From assembly GCA_018303075.1 (NCBI GenBank), contig JAGVYW010000042.1:1-51485 (forward strand): a stretch of 51,485 nucleotides of DNA. The letters run 5' to 3'. The notes under the pieces were generated by a model that was given only the letters and a program-made list of their open reading frames with translations, made no database searches and was not told the DNA's origin. Below, piece by piece: positions 1 to 9,103 of this stretch (position 1 is the first letter of the stretch; the number at the start of each line of letters is the position of its first letter). A program made the position numbers and the translations under genes. This stretch comes from Candidatus Woesearchaeota archaeon. GTDB lineage: Archaea; Nanobdellota; Nanobdellia; Woesearchaeales; DSVV01.

Positions 1-1
1 T

Positions 2-703
2 GCAAAAGGAAAAGCAATTGTTAATCTCCTTGAACTGCCTGAGAATGAAAAGATAACTGCGTTTATCCCAATCAGCAAATTTGATGACAAACATTATCTG
101 CTAATGGTTACTAAAAAAGGAATTGTAAAAAAGACTAATTTAGATGCATACAGCAATGTTAGAGCAGGTGGAATTATTGCAATTACTGTCGAAGATGGAG
201 ATGAATTAGTCACTGTATTGCTGACAGATGGAAGCAAACAAATAATCCTTGCAACTGCAGAAGGGAATGCTGTCAAGTTTGAAGAAGAAGATGCACGACC
301 AATTGGAAGATCAGGAAAAGGAGTAATTGGTATAAGATTACAAGGCAATGATTGTGTAATTGGCGCAGTTATCGCCGATGAGAACAAAACTTTGTTGACA
401 ATCACTGAAAATGGTTATGGAAAAAGAACTGATATCAGTGAATATAGACTAATTAATCGCGGCGGTTCTGGAGTCATTAATATCCAGTGCTCTGAGAGAA
501 ATGGCAAGGTAGTTGCTATAAAACCAGTTGTTGATGATGATGAAATCATGCTTATCTCTAAAGATGGAATCGTGATAAGGATATTAAGCCATGATGTTTC
601 AGTCATTGGCAGAAATACGCAGGGAATGAGAATAATGCGGCTTGATGAAAAAGATAAGGTTGTGAGTGCAGCGAAGATTATTAATGAAGGAAATGAGATA
701 TAG
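2..703 (+). CDS. gyrA: DNA gyrase subunit A, C-terminal beta-pinwheel (5'-truncated by window edge)
   Basis: Frame open from base 2 (AKGKAIVNLLEL...). Repeated blade motifs RAGGIIAI, RPIGRSGKGVIGI, TENGYGKRT, NRGGSGVI, GRNTQGMRIMRL. Confidence 0.95.
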   Translation, partial: AKGKAIVNLLELPENEKITAFIPISKFDDKHYLLMVTKKGIVKKTNLDAYSNVRAGGIIAITVEDGDELVTVLLTDGSKQIILATAEGNAVKFEEEDARPIGRSGKGVIGIRLQGNDCVIGAVIADENKTLLTITENGYGKRTDISEYRLINRGGSGVINIQCSERNGKVVAIKPVVDDDEIMLISKDGIVIRILSHDVSVIGRNTQGMRIMRLDEKDKVVSAAKIINEGNEI

Positions 704-901
704 AATGTATATACTATTTTATACATTTTATGGATTATCCAAACGCAATAATCACAAATTCAAATGATTCAATTACTGAGGTTAAACTTACATAACCAAT
801 ACTAAATGCATAGAATAATGCAAAGAAAAGCCATGTGTAGTTGACAATTTTCTTTGTTTTACTACAGAAGTTATTGAATATAAAACTGGAGCGTAACATT
901 T

Positions 902-919
902 AAATAACAGTTGTTATTT
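902..919. promoter_or_regulatory. Palindrome AAATAACA-gt-TGTTATTT overlapping a TATA-like box, candidate autoregulatory operator of the HTH-MNT gene
   Basis: 8-bp inverted repeat 11 bp upstream of ATG 931, overlapping TTTAAATA. Confidence 0.4.
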
Positions 920-930
920 TTATAATACAC

Positions 931-1584
931 ATGTCACAAAAAAAAGACAATAAAATTAATGAATCCTTTACTAGAGTAGGAGATTATCCAAGTTATATAA
1001 ATAATAGAAAAGACTATAATCAATTTAATGTATTTGCTTGTGGCTCAACAGCAGAACTTATTGAATCGAAGATATTTAATAATCCCCACCAATCGTTTCA
1101 TCTCAGAGAATTATCCAGACTTACTAATTCGTCAACTACAGCTGTATCTAAAAGTATTGAAGAATTACAAAAACAACGTATTATAAAAGTTAACCAAGAT
1201 GCTATTACAAAAGAGATTATAGCTGATCTTGAATCACCTACTTATAGATATCACAAATTGATTTACAATCTTCACGAATTATTTAAGAATAATATAATAG
1301 ATCTCTTTAAGGTACATTTTCATAATCCAGAATGCATTGTATTATTTGGAAGTTTTGCAAAAGGAGAAGATATTGAAGAAAGCGATATTGATATTCTTCT
1401 AGTTAGTTCATTAAAAGAACCAAAATATAAGGAGTTATATAATAAATTTATGAAGTCCATTGAGAAAGAATTTAACCGAAAAATAAATCTTCATATCCTT
1501 CCTTCATTGGAGAAAAGCGAGAAAGAATTCAAAAATGCTGTTGCAAACGGTATTGTACTTTATGGTTATTTGAAAGTGATTTAA
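931..1584 (+). CDS. wHTH + minimal nucleotidyltransferase (MNT) antitoxin
   Basis: FHLRELSRLT...AVSKSIEEL HTH. LFGSFAKGEDIEESDIDI is the intact GS-x10-DxD MNT motif. Directly abuts a HEPN-like ORF. Confidence 0.9.
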   Translation: MSQKKDNKINESFTRVGDYPSYINNRKDYNQFNVFACGSTAELIESKIFNNPHQSFHLRELSRLTNSSTTAVSKSIEELQKQRIIKVNQDAITKEIIADLESPTYRYHKLIYNLHELFKNNIIDLFKVHFHNPECIVLFGSFAKGEDIEESDIDILLVSSLKEPKYKELYNKFMKSIEKEFNRKINLHILPSLEKSEKEFKNAVANGIVLYGYLKVI

Positions 1585-1836
1585 ATGCTGGACAAATTTG
1601 AGCGGTATGTTGAATTAGGAAAAGTAAAGAAAAAAACACCTGATAGTGAAGAGGCAAGTAGTTTATTTAAAAAAGCTGAAAAAAGATTAAAATATATCAG
1701 AGTATTAAACGAAGATACTGCTGATTTAGTATTTGAAGATGCATATGAAGCAACACGAGAAGCTGCACGTAAATGTTCGCTGTTTTCTCAGCAGTTTGTT
1801 GAAAAGATTAGAGAAATTATGAAGGAGAAAAAATGA
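1585..1836 (+). pseudogene. HEPN-domain toxin with probable internal in-frame deletion
   Basis: HEPN-like N-terminus (KKTPDSEEASSLFKKAEKRL...AYEATREAA) joins directly to a C-terminal helix (RKCSLFSQQFVEKIRE). Only 83 aa and no R-x4-6-H/Y segment. Confidence 0.65.
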
Positions 1837-2072
1837 ACCAGCAACAATTAGCAACACTTGGAATTTTAGTTATATTTATAGGTGCAGCTATAATCATCAT
1901 CAGCAGTTTTCTTGGCAATAAAGATAAAGAAAGTACAAGCAAAGTAAGTGTTGTTGGGTTTATTGGATTTATCCCTTTTGGATTTGGCAATAACAAGAAA
2001 TGGCTGTATGTTGGAATCATTTTGACTGTCTTGTTTATGGTTGTGAGTTATTGGTTATTTTATAGAAGATAA
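1833..2072 (+). CDS. DUF131/TIGR00304-like small archaeal membrane protein
   Basis: Hydrophobic N- and C-terminal helices flanking the VVGFIGFIPFGFG motif. ATGA overlap with upstream gene. Confidence 0.75.
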   Translation: MNQQQLATLGILVIFIGAAIIIISSFLGNKDKESTSKVSVVGFIGFIPFGFGNNKKWLYVGIILTVLFMVVSYWLFYRR

Positions 2073-2121
2073 AAATTAATGAATATAATTATCTTTTTGT
2101 ACATTTAATCACCTATTTTTA

Positions 2122-2994
2122 TCAACATACAACTTCAATTGCATTCTCAACAACTTCAATCTTTACTGGAGTTGAGCCAATGATCTCTGCATCTGCATGA
2201 AGCATTACTTTCTCATCTGAAAATATCTCTAATTTCTTTGTCTTGAGAAATTTAACGTCGTCAAATCTTATATGCTGTTTTGTAAGAATGCCCAGCAAAT
2301 ATTTGAACTGAGAAATGATATCTTTTTTTGTGAATAATAATACATCAAGATAACCATTATTATAAGATGATTTCTTTACAAGCTCTAAAAAATGCGTAAA
2401 TTTTACTGTATTAAGCACCAGCACATAGTATGCTTTTTCTTCATGATTATCTGTCTTAACAAGCAATTCTTTTGGCTCATAATTAAAGATAGTCTTGATG
2501 AAGGAGATAGGATATGCAATCTCTCCAAAAATCTTTTTTATCTTTGGCTCTACGTTTTTGTAAGCGACTGCATCTAACCCAATGCCGCAGCCTATTGTAA
2601 AATAACGCTTTCTTTCATCTGAGATAAAACCAAGGTCTAAATCTTTTCTTCTATTCTCTGCAATTATATGAATTGCCTTTTGTATATTCTTTGGAATTCT
2701 TAAACTTCGTGCAAGCATATTTGATGTACCTATTGGAATTATTGCTAGCCTTGGTTTTATTGTTTTGTTTGACATGATCCCATTAATAACTTCATTAATT
2801 GTGCCATCGCCACCTAAAACTATAATTGTTTTTTTCTCTGCAGTTTGAGCAAAGTGCTGTGCATCTCCTGCTTTTGTCGTGTATCTTATATGATATTGCT
2901 TGTTATGTTCATCCAGCATTGAGGTTAATCTATTGGTTATGGATTTATGCTCCTTGTTGCCAGCATGAGGATTTACGATGATGAGGTAGGACAT
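2122..2994 (-). CDS. Diacylglycerol kinase family lipid kinase (YegS/BmrU-like)
   Basis: IVNPHAG, GGDGTINEVING, IPIGTSN and GIGLDA motifs. Likely start MSYLII at 2994. Confidence 0.92.
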   Translation of the reverse strand: MSYLIIVNPHAGNKEHKSITNRLTSMLDEHNKQYHIRYTTKAGDAQHFAQTAEKKTIIVLGGDGTINEVINGIMSNKTIKPRLAIIPIGTSNMLARSLRIPKNIQKAIHIIAENRRKDLDLGFISDERKRYFTIGCGIGLDAVAYKNVEPKIKKIFGEIAYPISFIKTIFNYEPKELLVKTDNHEEKAYYVLVLNTVKFTHFLELVKKSSYNNGYLDVLLFTKKDIISQFKYLLGILTKQHIRFDDVKFLKTKKLEIFSDEKVMLHADAEIIGSTPVKIEVVENAIEVVC

Positions 2995-3038
2995 ATTACA
3001 TTTTAGAATGATTAGATTTATATATTTATTCACATCCC

Positions 3039-3087
3039 GTATGTGTTTAGCTCTCGACGAGAGTATCGTCGAGAGCTAAACACATAC
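3039..3087. repeat. Perfect 22-bp inverted repeat with 5-nt loop (REP-like hairpin)
   Basis: GTATGTGTTTAGCTCTCGACGA-gagta-TCGTCGAGAGCTAAACACATAC. Confidence 0.95.
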
Positions 3088-3150
3088 TGATTTTCTAAAA
3101 AGAGAATATTTTCCAGCAACAATAGAGAAATAAATATACTGAGAATAAGC

Positions 3151-4506
3151 TTATAACCCTGCAATCATTGCTTTGTTAAATCTTACTGCTTTTGGGCCAT
3201 TGTATCCGTCGGTAATCATTGTTTCTTTTGAAAGTGTTACATCTTGAAGAAGTGTGAATATATTGCCTGTAAACATGCCTCCACGAAATGGTTTTTTTAT
3301 GAGTTTTCCATTATTGTTTTTTATGATATAACCCAGTCTAATCTCTGCTGAGAAATCTCCTGAGATATAGTTTGGTGCAAATGAAGCAAAAGAAACAATC
3401 TCATAGCATTCTTGTTTGTTTAAATAAATCTCAGCTTCAGATATTTTTCCAGGCTTAACCTCTATTGAGCCTAATGCACCTGTTGGAAGAATATTCAGAT
3501 ATTGCGCATATCTGTTTGCAGCAAAATAATCTTTGAACAAATTGTCTTCTATCAGAATAATCTTTTTTGAGATTATACCATCACCATCGAATAACTGTGA
3601 TGAGAGATTGTTGTTCAAAAATGGATTTGATACTATTGTCAACTTGTCTCCTTTTACGTGATTTATTATAGGAGAATCTTTTTTATAAACTGATAAATCC
3701 ATGTACTTTAAGCGTGCAGAAGCATGAGCTATCAATGGATTTAATGATAAATGAGGAGCAAAGAATTCTTTCAATGCTTTCTGTGTAAGAATGACCTTCC
3801 TAATAACTGCTTTCGGAGATTCTGCTTGTAAAAGATCATTAACTGCAGAAACATTCTCTTTAATTATTTCAGGAATATTAATATCATCAAAGTTTATTAC
3901 GTCAAGTTCAAACAGAAATTCGTTTTCTACAAAATCTTTTTTTGCTGTGATTACACATTCAACATGGATATGCGACTTATTTTGTTCAAGATTGATACCA
4001 TTGCTGTTGAGAACAATGCAATTTGTCTTTTCTGTAAGAAACTCTAACCCATTCAGAAAGATATTGCTGTATCTTTTTAGATTTTGCTGGACTTGTGCAA
4101 ATAATTCTTCTATCTTCTGCTTTACTTTCAGCTGATCATCAAATATCGGATCATAGATATTTACTTTCTTGTATTCTTCTGAAAGATTTTCTGGAGATGG
4201 CAGCGAATAATACTTTTTCTTTGCATATTCACAAACAATTAATTGTTCTGCGATTTTTTTATTTACAGCTTCTTCTGTAATCTCATCAATAAGCATTGAA
4301 AAAGCTGCATCACCTATCTCTTTCTTGAATCTTTTGTAGATTGTAATCTCTATATTAACTCTCTTGCTCATCAAATGGCTTTCTTTCTCAAACTGTTTTG
4401 AACAATAAAGATTGTTTTTCTCACTCGATTGCAGATTGATCTTCCAGCCATCAAGCTGTTTGCAATTGTTTAATGTTTTTTTTAGCAACTCTATTTCTTT
4501 CATCAT
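3151..4506 (-). CDS. TldE/PmbA-like metalloprotease partner subunit
   Basis: FDGDG..S, SGDFSAEIRLGY, GGMFTGNIF and GPKAVRF motifs. No HExxxH. Downstream of tldD, with GAGGT SD at 4511-4515. Confidence 0.85.
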   Translation of the reverse strand: MMKEIELLKKTLNNCKQLDGWKINLQSSEKNNLYCSKQFEKESHLMSKRVNIEITIYKRFKKEIGDAAFSMLIDEITEEAVNKKIAEQLIVCEYAKKKYYSLPSPENLSEEYKKVNIYDPIFDDQLKVKQKIEELFAQVQQNLKRYSNIFLNGLEFLTEKTNCIVLNSNGINLEQNKSHIHVECVITAKKDFVENEFLFELDVINFDDINIPEIIKENVSAVNDLLQAESPKAVIRKVILTQKALKEFFAPHLSLNPLIAHASARLKYMDLSVYKKDSPIINHVKGDKLTIVSNPFLNNNLSSQLFDGDGIISKKIILIEDNLFKDYFAANRYAQYLNILPTGALGSIEVKPGKISEAEIYLNKQECYEIVSFASFAPNYISGDFSAEIRLGYIIKNNNGKLIKKPFRGGMFTGNIFTLLQDVTLSKETMITDGYNGPKAVRFNKAMIAGL

Positions 4507-4515
4507 AAAAACCTC

Positions 4516-4546
4516 TAACAAAAACTCCCTTCGGTCGTTTTTGTTA
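4516..4546. repeat. Hairpin, 10-bp perfect stem with TC-CC-TTC-GG-TC core
   Basis: TAACAAAAAC-TCCCTTCGGTC-GTTTTTGTTA. Confidence 0.9.
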
Positions 4547-4582
4547 ATACACAGTACTACGATTTTTGCTCAGTTATACGAA

Positions 4583-4654
4583 CTATGATAAATTTACATC
4601 CTTAACCAGCAGATATTGACCGCCTTCACTTACTCTTACCCATTCTTTGTGCCC
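4583..4654 (-). repeat. Diverged duplicate of the last 24 codons of tldD
   Basis: Encodes GHKEWVRVSEGGQYLLVKDVNLS* versus gene GHKEWVRVSEGGPYLLVKDVNLS*. 13 of 72 nt differ, with a 31-nt identical core. Confidence 0.95.
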
Positions 4655-4686
4655 CAATTCTTTCGCCAATTGGAAGCGATGCTTAA

Positions 4687-4714
4687 GTAAGGCATTCACT
4701 TCGTTCAGCCTTAC
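4687..4714. repeat. Hairpin with TC-AC-TTC-GT-TC core
   Basis: GTAAGGC(a)T-TCACTTCGTTC-AGCCTTAC, one bulged base. Confidence 0.85.
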
Positions 4715-4719
4715 GAATC

Positions 4720-6120
4720 TCACGAAAGATTCACATCTTTTACTAACAGATAAGGACCGCCTTCACTTACTCTTACCCATTCTTTATGCCCTTTGCCGCA
4801 GATGCCTGTACCTGGAACTTCGAATTCTTGTGATACTTCTTGAATATTGCCTAATAATTCAGGAAGATAGCCTGTCATACCTATCTCGTAAAATAATTCT
4901 CCTGTTAATCTGCCATCCTTGATTTTTTCTGCAACAATGCCTTGCACTTGAATACCCCAACCTTTTGGATCTTCCATACCTCCTGAGGGATAATGCAGGA
5001 AAAAACCATCTTTTATATTTTTCAACATATCAACTTTATTTGATTTGCCTGCTGCGAAATATGTATTGGACATTCTTGCATAAACTTTGTGATCATATGA
5101 TTCTGCTCTTGCATTTCCTGAACGAAGCATTTTTAAACGAGAAGCTGAAAAAGAATCAGTTATTGGATGATTTACAATACCCTCTTTTATTAAGTATGTT
5201 GATGATGTTATAAAACCTTCATCATCAAAAAAGAAACTGCCATTTCTCTTTGGAAAAGATGGATTATCAAGGATATTTATATAATCTGGAGCTATACTCT
5301 TTCCAAGATACTCTTGAGCTTTTGCCCTGCCTTTGTAGATAGTATCTGATTCCATACCATGTCCAAAACTCTCATGAGCCAATAATCCTGTAACGTCTGG
5401 CGAAAATAAACAAAGATATCTGCCAGGAATAATTTTATCTGCTTTTGCTATTTTTTTTGTAAAAGATATTATATCAATAATCTCTTTTTTTGAGATTTTT
5501 TGTTTTGCTTCATAGCCATTTGCGAAAAACGCCTTGTAATGATATCGAATATCACCATGGTCTGATTTTATGTAAGGTGAGATTATAAATATACAGCTCT
5601 GTATCCTTTGAGATAACTGCTTATATTTGTTAACAAAGATCCTTATTTCTGTTGATTCATCATAACGTATCCTGCAATTGGCAATCGCTGGCTCTTTTTT
5701 AAGTATCGCATTCATTATATTTTCAGTATCCTCTATTTTCTGAGATAAATCAATTGAATCTGCTGCAATTTCTGATTCTGATTCAAAATGTTTATTGATT
5801 TTCTGAGTATCTATTGCTAATGGAAAAATTAATCCAGCATCTTTCTTATCAAATGACTGTAATAATATATTTGCAGCTTCTATTATTTTTTCTTTGTTAA
5901 AACCTGTAATACCATATTCATGAAATTGTGCACCATCATAAGCTCTTAGTTTTACTCCATCACCTTTCCCTGAAGATATCTCTTTGTTTGCCTTGTCTAA
6001 ACCAATCTCTTGTGAAGAATCATAATAATATAAACAATCAGCATAAACAGCTTTTTGCTCTAATAATGCTGTAATTTCTGCAAAGAACTGCTTGATTTCA
6101 TCAATTTTATTTTTTTGCAT
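4720..6120 (-). CDS. tldD: TldD family metalloprotease
   Basis: GLLAHESFGHGMESD (HExxxH), FFDDEG, GNARAESY, RMSNTYF and CGKGH..VRVSEGGP motifs. Confidence 0.93.
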   Translation of the reverse strand: MQKNKIDEIKQFFAEITALLEQKAVYADCLYYYDSSQEIGLDKANKEISSGKGDGVKLRAYDGAQFHEYGITGFNKEKIIEAANILLQSFDKKDAGLIFPLAIDTQKINKHFESESEIAADSIDLSQKIEDTENIMNAILKKEPAIANCRIRYDESTEIRIFVNKYKQLSQRIQSCIFIISPYIKSDHGDIRYHYKAFFANGYEAKQKISKKEIIDIISFTKKIAKADKIIPGRYLCLFSPDVTGLLAHESFGHGMESDTIYKGRAKAQEYLGKSIAPDYINILDNPSFPKRNGSFFFDDEGFITSSTYLIKEGIVNHPITDSFSASRLKMLRSGNARAESYDHKVYARMSNTYFAAGKSNKVDMLKNIKDGFFLHYPSGGMEDPKGWGIQVQGIVAEKIKDGRLTGELFYEIGMTGYLPELLGNIQEVSQEFEVPGTGICGKGHKEWVRVSEGGPYLLVKDVNLS

Positions 6121-6153
6121 GATTTTTTAGAATAAGTGCATGTTTTTAAATTT

Positions 6154-6264
6154 TTACATTTCTTTGAAGATTTTCTCATATTTCTTAATAAAATTACGAT
6201 AGAGAAAATAAACAAGTATAATAAGAACTACTACAATAATACTAATAATTATGCCAATACCCAT
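6154..6264 (-). CDS. 36-aa single-TM small protein (below ORF-track cutoff)
   Basis: MGIGIIISIIVVVLIILVYFLYRNFIKKYEKIFKEM*, preceded by AGGTGG SD. Confidence 0.55.
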   Translation of the reverse strand: MGIGIIISIIVVVLIILVYFLYRNFIKKYEKIFKEM

Positions 6265-6273
6265 ATGCCACCT

Positions 6274-6420
6274 TTATGCAATCCATAATACAAGCAATAC
6301 TATTAATGTAATTACTACTATTGCTATGACCGAATATAATGCATCTTTGTCATGCATAAATGAAACAAGCATTGAATTATCTTTTACTTTCTGCTGCTTT
6401 TTAACATTCTTTTTTGCCAT
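6274..6420 (-). CDS. 48-aa small protein with C-terminal TM helix (below ORF-track cutoff)
   Basis: MAKKNVKKQQKVKDNSMLVSFMHDKDALYSVIAIVVITLIVLLVLWIA*, preceded by AGGTGTGA SD. Confidence 0.6.
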   Translation of the reverse strand: MAKKNVKKQQKVKDNSMLVSFMHDKDALYSVIAIVVITLIVLLVLWIA

Positions 6421-6594
6421 AATTCACACCTACTGCTTTTTCTGAATATATTTGTTGATGAAGAACTATATAAATTTATCTGTTCAGTTTTATTCTTGTT
6501 CAATTTCACGATAATGAAAATTGAAAATAGAAAGTATTATATATACAAATTAAATTATCTAAACAATTTTAATAGTACTGTGAGGTGAATAACT

Positions 6595-6642
6595 ATGTAT
6601 TGGTTTAATTATGGCGATGACGATGATGATGATATGGATTAG
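6595..6642 (+). CDS. 15-aa Asp-rich upstream micro-ORF
   Basis: MYWFNYGDDDDDDMD*, with perfect GAGGTGA SD at 6582-6588. Confidence 0.35.
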   Translation: MYWFNYGDDDDDDMD

Positions 6643-6689
6643 CAAGAAAATATATTAGAATTAGATTCTAGTAGAAAAAAGGTGTTTTT

Positions 6690-6998
6690 ATGAATAACAG
6701 AGAAAATTATGTTCGAAAAGAAAGAGCATCTTTTGTTGGTGAAGGAAAGTCTAGCAAAAACTCTTCCCAAAGAAGAAGCCATCTTCCAGTATTTGCTGTA
6801 GGAAATGATATAGAAGTAACAATTAAAGAAATAGGAAAGCAAGGAGATGGTATAGGATATACTGATGGATGTACAATAATCGTACCAAATGCTAATATCA
6901 ATGAAACTGTTAAAGTTAAGATTGAGAAAGCAATTAACACTAATACTTTTAAAGCAAAAAGATTAGGTGAGATTAATAAAACAAAGGTATTTAGGTGA
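6690..6998 (+). CDS. Stand-alone TRAM-domain protein (archaeal RNA chaperone type)
   Basis: VGNDIEVTIKEIGKQGDGIGYTDGCTIIVPNANINETVKVKIEK. Confidence 0.9.
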   Translation: MNNRENYVRKERASFVGEGKSSKNSSQRRSHLPVFAVGNDIEVTIKEIGKQGDGIGYTDGCTIIVPNANINETVKVKIEKAINTNTFKAKRLGEINKTKVFR

Positions 6999-7004
6999 AG
7001 AAAT

Positions 7005-7229
7005 ATGTATTATTATATCAAATATAAAAAACCAACAAGTTCAAAAACATTGTTGTTTAGAAGAAATGCAAGAATAGTTGTTTTCTCTAAAGATAATGCA
7101 GCTAAAACTGCTAAAAAAGAATTGGAAGAAAATGGAATGTTTAGTGTGAAAGTGCTACACTGCAACCATTCACCTGCAACAAGAGACTGCCAGCTTTTTG
7201 GAAGAAAATTTGAAAAAGTAGGATGGTAG
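7005..7229 (+). CDS. Hypothetical protein
   Basis: 74-aa ORF with AGGTGA SD, co-oriented directly after the TRAM gene. Confidence 0.55.
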   Translation: MYYYIKYKKPTSSKTLLFRRNARIVVFSKDNAAKTAKKELEENGMFSVKVLHCNHSPATRDCQLFGRKFEKVGW

Positions 7230-7344
7230 AATCAACTAATTGCTTATTTTTTTATTAAACTTATATTTTATTTATTGATTATATACTTTTTCTAAACATT
7301 TATATATTCAACAGCTAACCTTAATTTTAAAAAAAAGAGGCACT

Positions 7345-9084
7345 ATGGAATTTGATTTAGTAACATTAGGTATATTATTTGTGTTTGCGCTATTTGGAGG
7401 AATAATCTCTGCTAAAACAAAGCAGCCTTTAGTCATAGGATTACTGGTTGTTGGAGCTTTGATTGGACCTAGTCTGCTTAATCTTGTAAATAGTCCTGAA
7501 CTAACTGATTTTATGATTGAAATGGGAGCGATTCTGCTGCTGTTTATAACAGGATTAGAATTTGAAGTAAGCAAATTATTTAAGATTGGAATTAAAGCTA
7601 TTATCACTACATTGCTGAAAGTAGGCATTGTCTTTTTTCTTGGATTTTTAGTAACTGTAATGCTTGGCTATAGCACAGGTGTTGGTATATTTATTGGTGT
7701 AATCATCTCTTTTTCAAGCACTGTTGTAATCTTGAAAGTGCTGCAAGAAAAGCAGATGATTGAGAGAAATGAAATTCCATTTTTAGTTGCAGTGCTTATT
7801 ATTGAGGATATTATTGCTGTAGCATTCTTAACATTTTTCTATGCATTGCAAAATAACTCATCTGGAATTAATGTTGCGAGTGTTGTAAATAATATTGTTG
7901 TTTCGATTATTATCTTAATCATTGTATATGCTGTTTGTCTGCGTATTATAAAGCCAATCATAGCTTGGGTGTTAAAGAATACTGCTGAAGATACTATTAT
8001 TTTCATTGATCTTGGAATAATGGTTGGATTTAGTTATTTAGCGTATTATCTAAACCTTTCAACAGCGCTTGGAGCATTTCTTGCAGGAAGTTTAGTTGCA
8101 TCATTGCCAAATGCAAAGCTTTTTGAAAAGACAATCACGCCATTTACTTTGATGTTCTCTTCTTTGTTCTTCATCAGTATAGGAACATTAATTGATTTTC
8201 GAGCGATTATTGAAAATTGGTTGTTAGTTATTGTTTTACTTGTTGTAACTGTCATCTCAAGATTCATAGGTATTGGATTAATAACAAATATTTTTGCAAA
8301 CTTTCAGAAAGAACAGATATTCTTCTCCAGCATTGCGATGTTTTCAGTTGGAGAATTTGCACTGCTTGTTGCAAGAGAAAGCAGAGGATTTAATCTAGGT
8401 GTTGATTTGGTGAGCATATCATCTGTCGTTATATTTGTCTCTGCATTGTTAATGTCACTTGCTATCAGAAAATATACACAAAGCTATGAATTTGTAAAGG
8501 CTGCAACACCATGGAGATTAAGGAAAATAAATATGAAGATGGAAAGCATCTCTAATTTTATCCATCTTGCATTTCAAGAGATTGATACTGAAAATGCACA
8601 TACAATACGATTGAAGAAATCAACAATTACAGCATTGCTCTCAATAATTAATGTTATCTTTGTGCATTATTTCTGGACGAAAATAGCTTATACATTACAC
8701 GGAACTGAATATTATGCTGCTTTTGGAATGTTTTTATTAATAGAGATAATATTAATCTATTTATTGTATGTCCACACAAGAATTGCTATAAGGACACTGC
8801 TTATTGTTTTTGTTAACATGAATCTGAGGGGCACATTGAAGAAAAGCAAACATTTGCTTTGGCATTTGTTTTTGTTTTTTGTGTTTTCAATCTCTGCTTT
8901 GTATTCGCCATTGCTGCTCTTTTTATTTGATCTACAACTCAAGTTATTAATAATCCCTGGTTTATTTATCCTATTAAGTATTTTTCTTCTAATTAAGATC
9001 ATTAAAGAGATTCATTCTGGATTTACTTATACGGGTGTTACAAATTATGCTCATTTTCAAAGGCTGAAAAGCAGAAATTTCTGA
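7345..9084 (+). CDS. Cation:proton antiporter (CPA2/Kef-type) with extra C-terminal TM domain
   Basis: LLFITGLEF, SFSSTVVILKVL, LIIEDI, LGAFLAG and GEFALLVA motifs, many TM helices. Confidence 0.9.
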   Translation: MEFDLVTLGILFVFALFGGIISAKTKQPLVIGLLVVGALIGPSLLNLVNSPELTDFMIEMGAILLLFITGLEFEVSKLFKIGIKAIITTLLKVGIVFFLGFLVTVMLGYSTGVGIFIGVIISFSSTVVILKVLQEKQMIERNEIPFLVAVLIIEDIIAVAFLTFFYALQNNSSGINVASVVNNIVVSIIILIIVYAVCLRIIKPIIAWVLKNTAEDTIIFIDLGIMVGFSYLAYYLNLSTALGAFLAGSLVASLPNAKLFEKTITPFTLMFSSLFFISIGTLIDFRAIIENWLLVIVLLVVTVISRFIGIGLITNIFANFQKEQIFFSSIAMFSVGEFALLVARESRGFNLGVDLVSISSVVIFVSALLMSLAIRKYTQSYEFVKAATPWRLRKINMKMESISNFIHLAFQEIDTENAHTIRLKKSTITALLSIINVIFVHYFWTKIAYTLHGTEYYAAFGMFLLIEIILIYLLYVHTRIAIRTLLIVFVNMNLRGTLKKSKHLLWHLFLFFVFSISALYSPLLLFLFDLQLKLLIIPGLFILLSIFLLIKIIKEIHSGFTYTGVTNYAHFQRLKSRNF

Positions 9085-9103
9085 TCAGATAGCTTAAAGA
9101 AGA

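Noticed and set aside
730-795. Short ORF MDYPNAIITNSNDSITEVKLT after gyrA
   Set aside because: No SD, no recognisable motif, and a length expected by chance.
4583-4791. tldD 3' duplicate as a diversity-generating retroelement TR/VR pair
   Set aside because: Differences are not adenine-specific, are almost all synonymous, and no reverse transcriptase is present in the window.
6640-6642. Genome-wide stop-codon reassignment suggested by the in-frame TAG
   Set aside because: TAG, TGA and TAA all terminate conserved genes at the expected positions (gyrA and pcn TAG, carB TGA), so the standard code applies.
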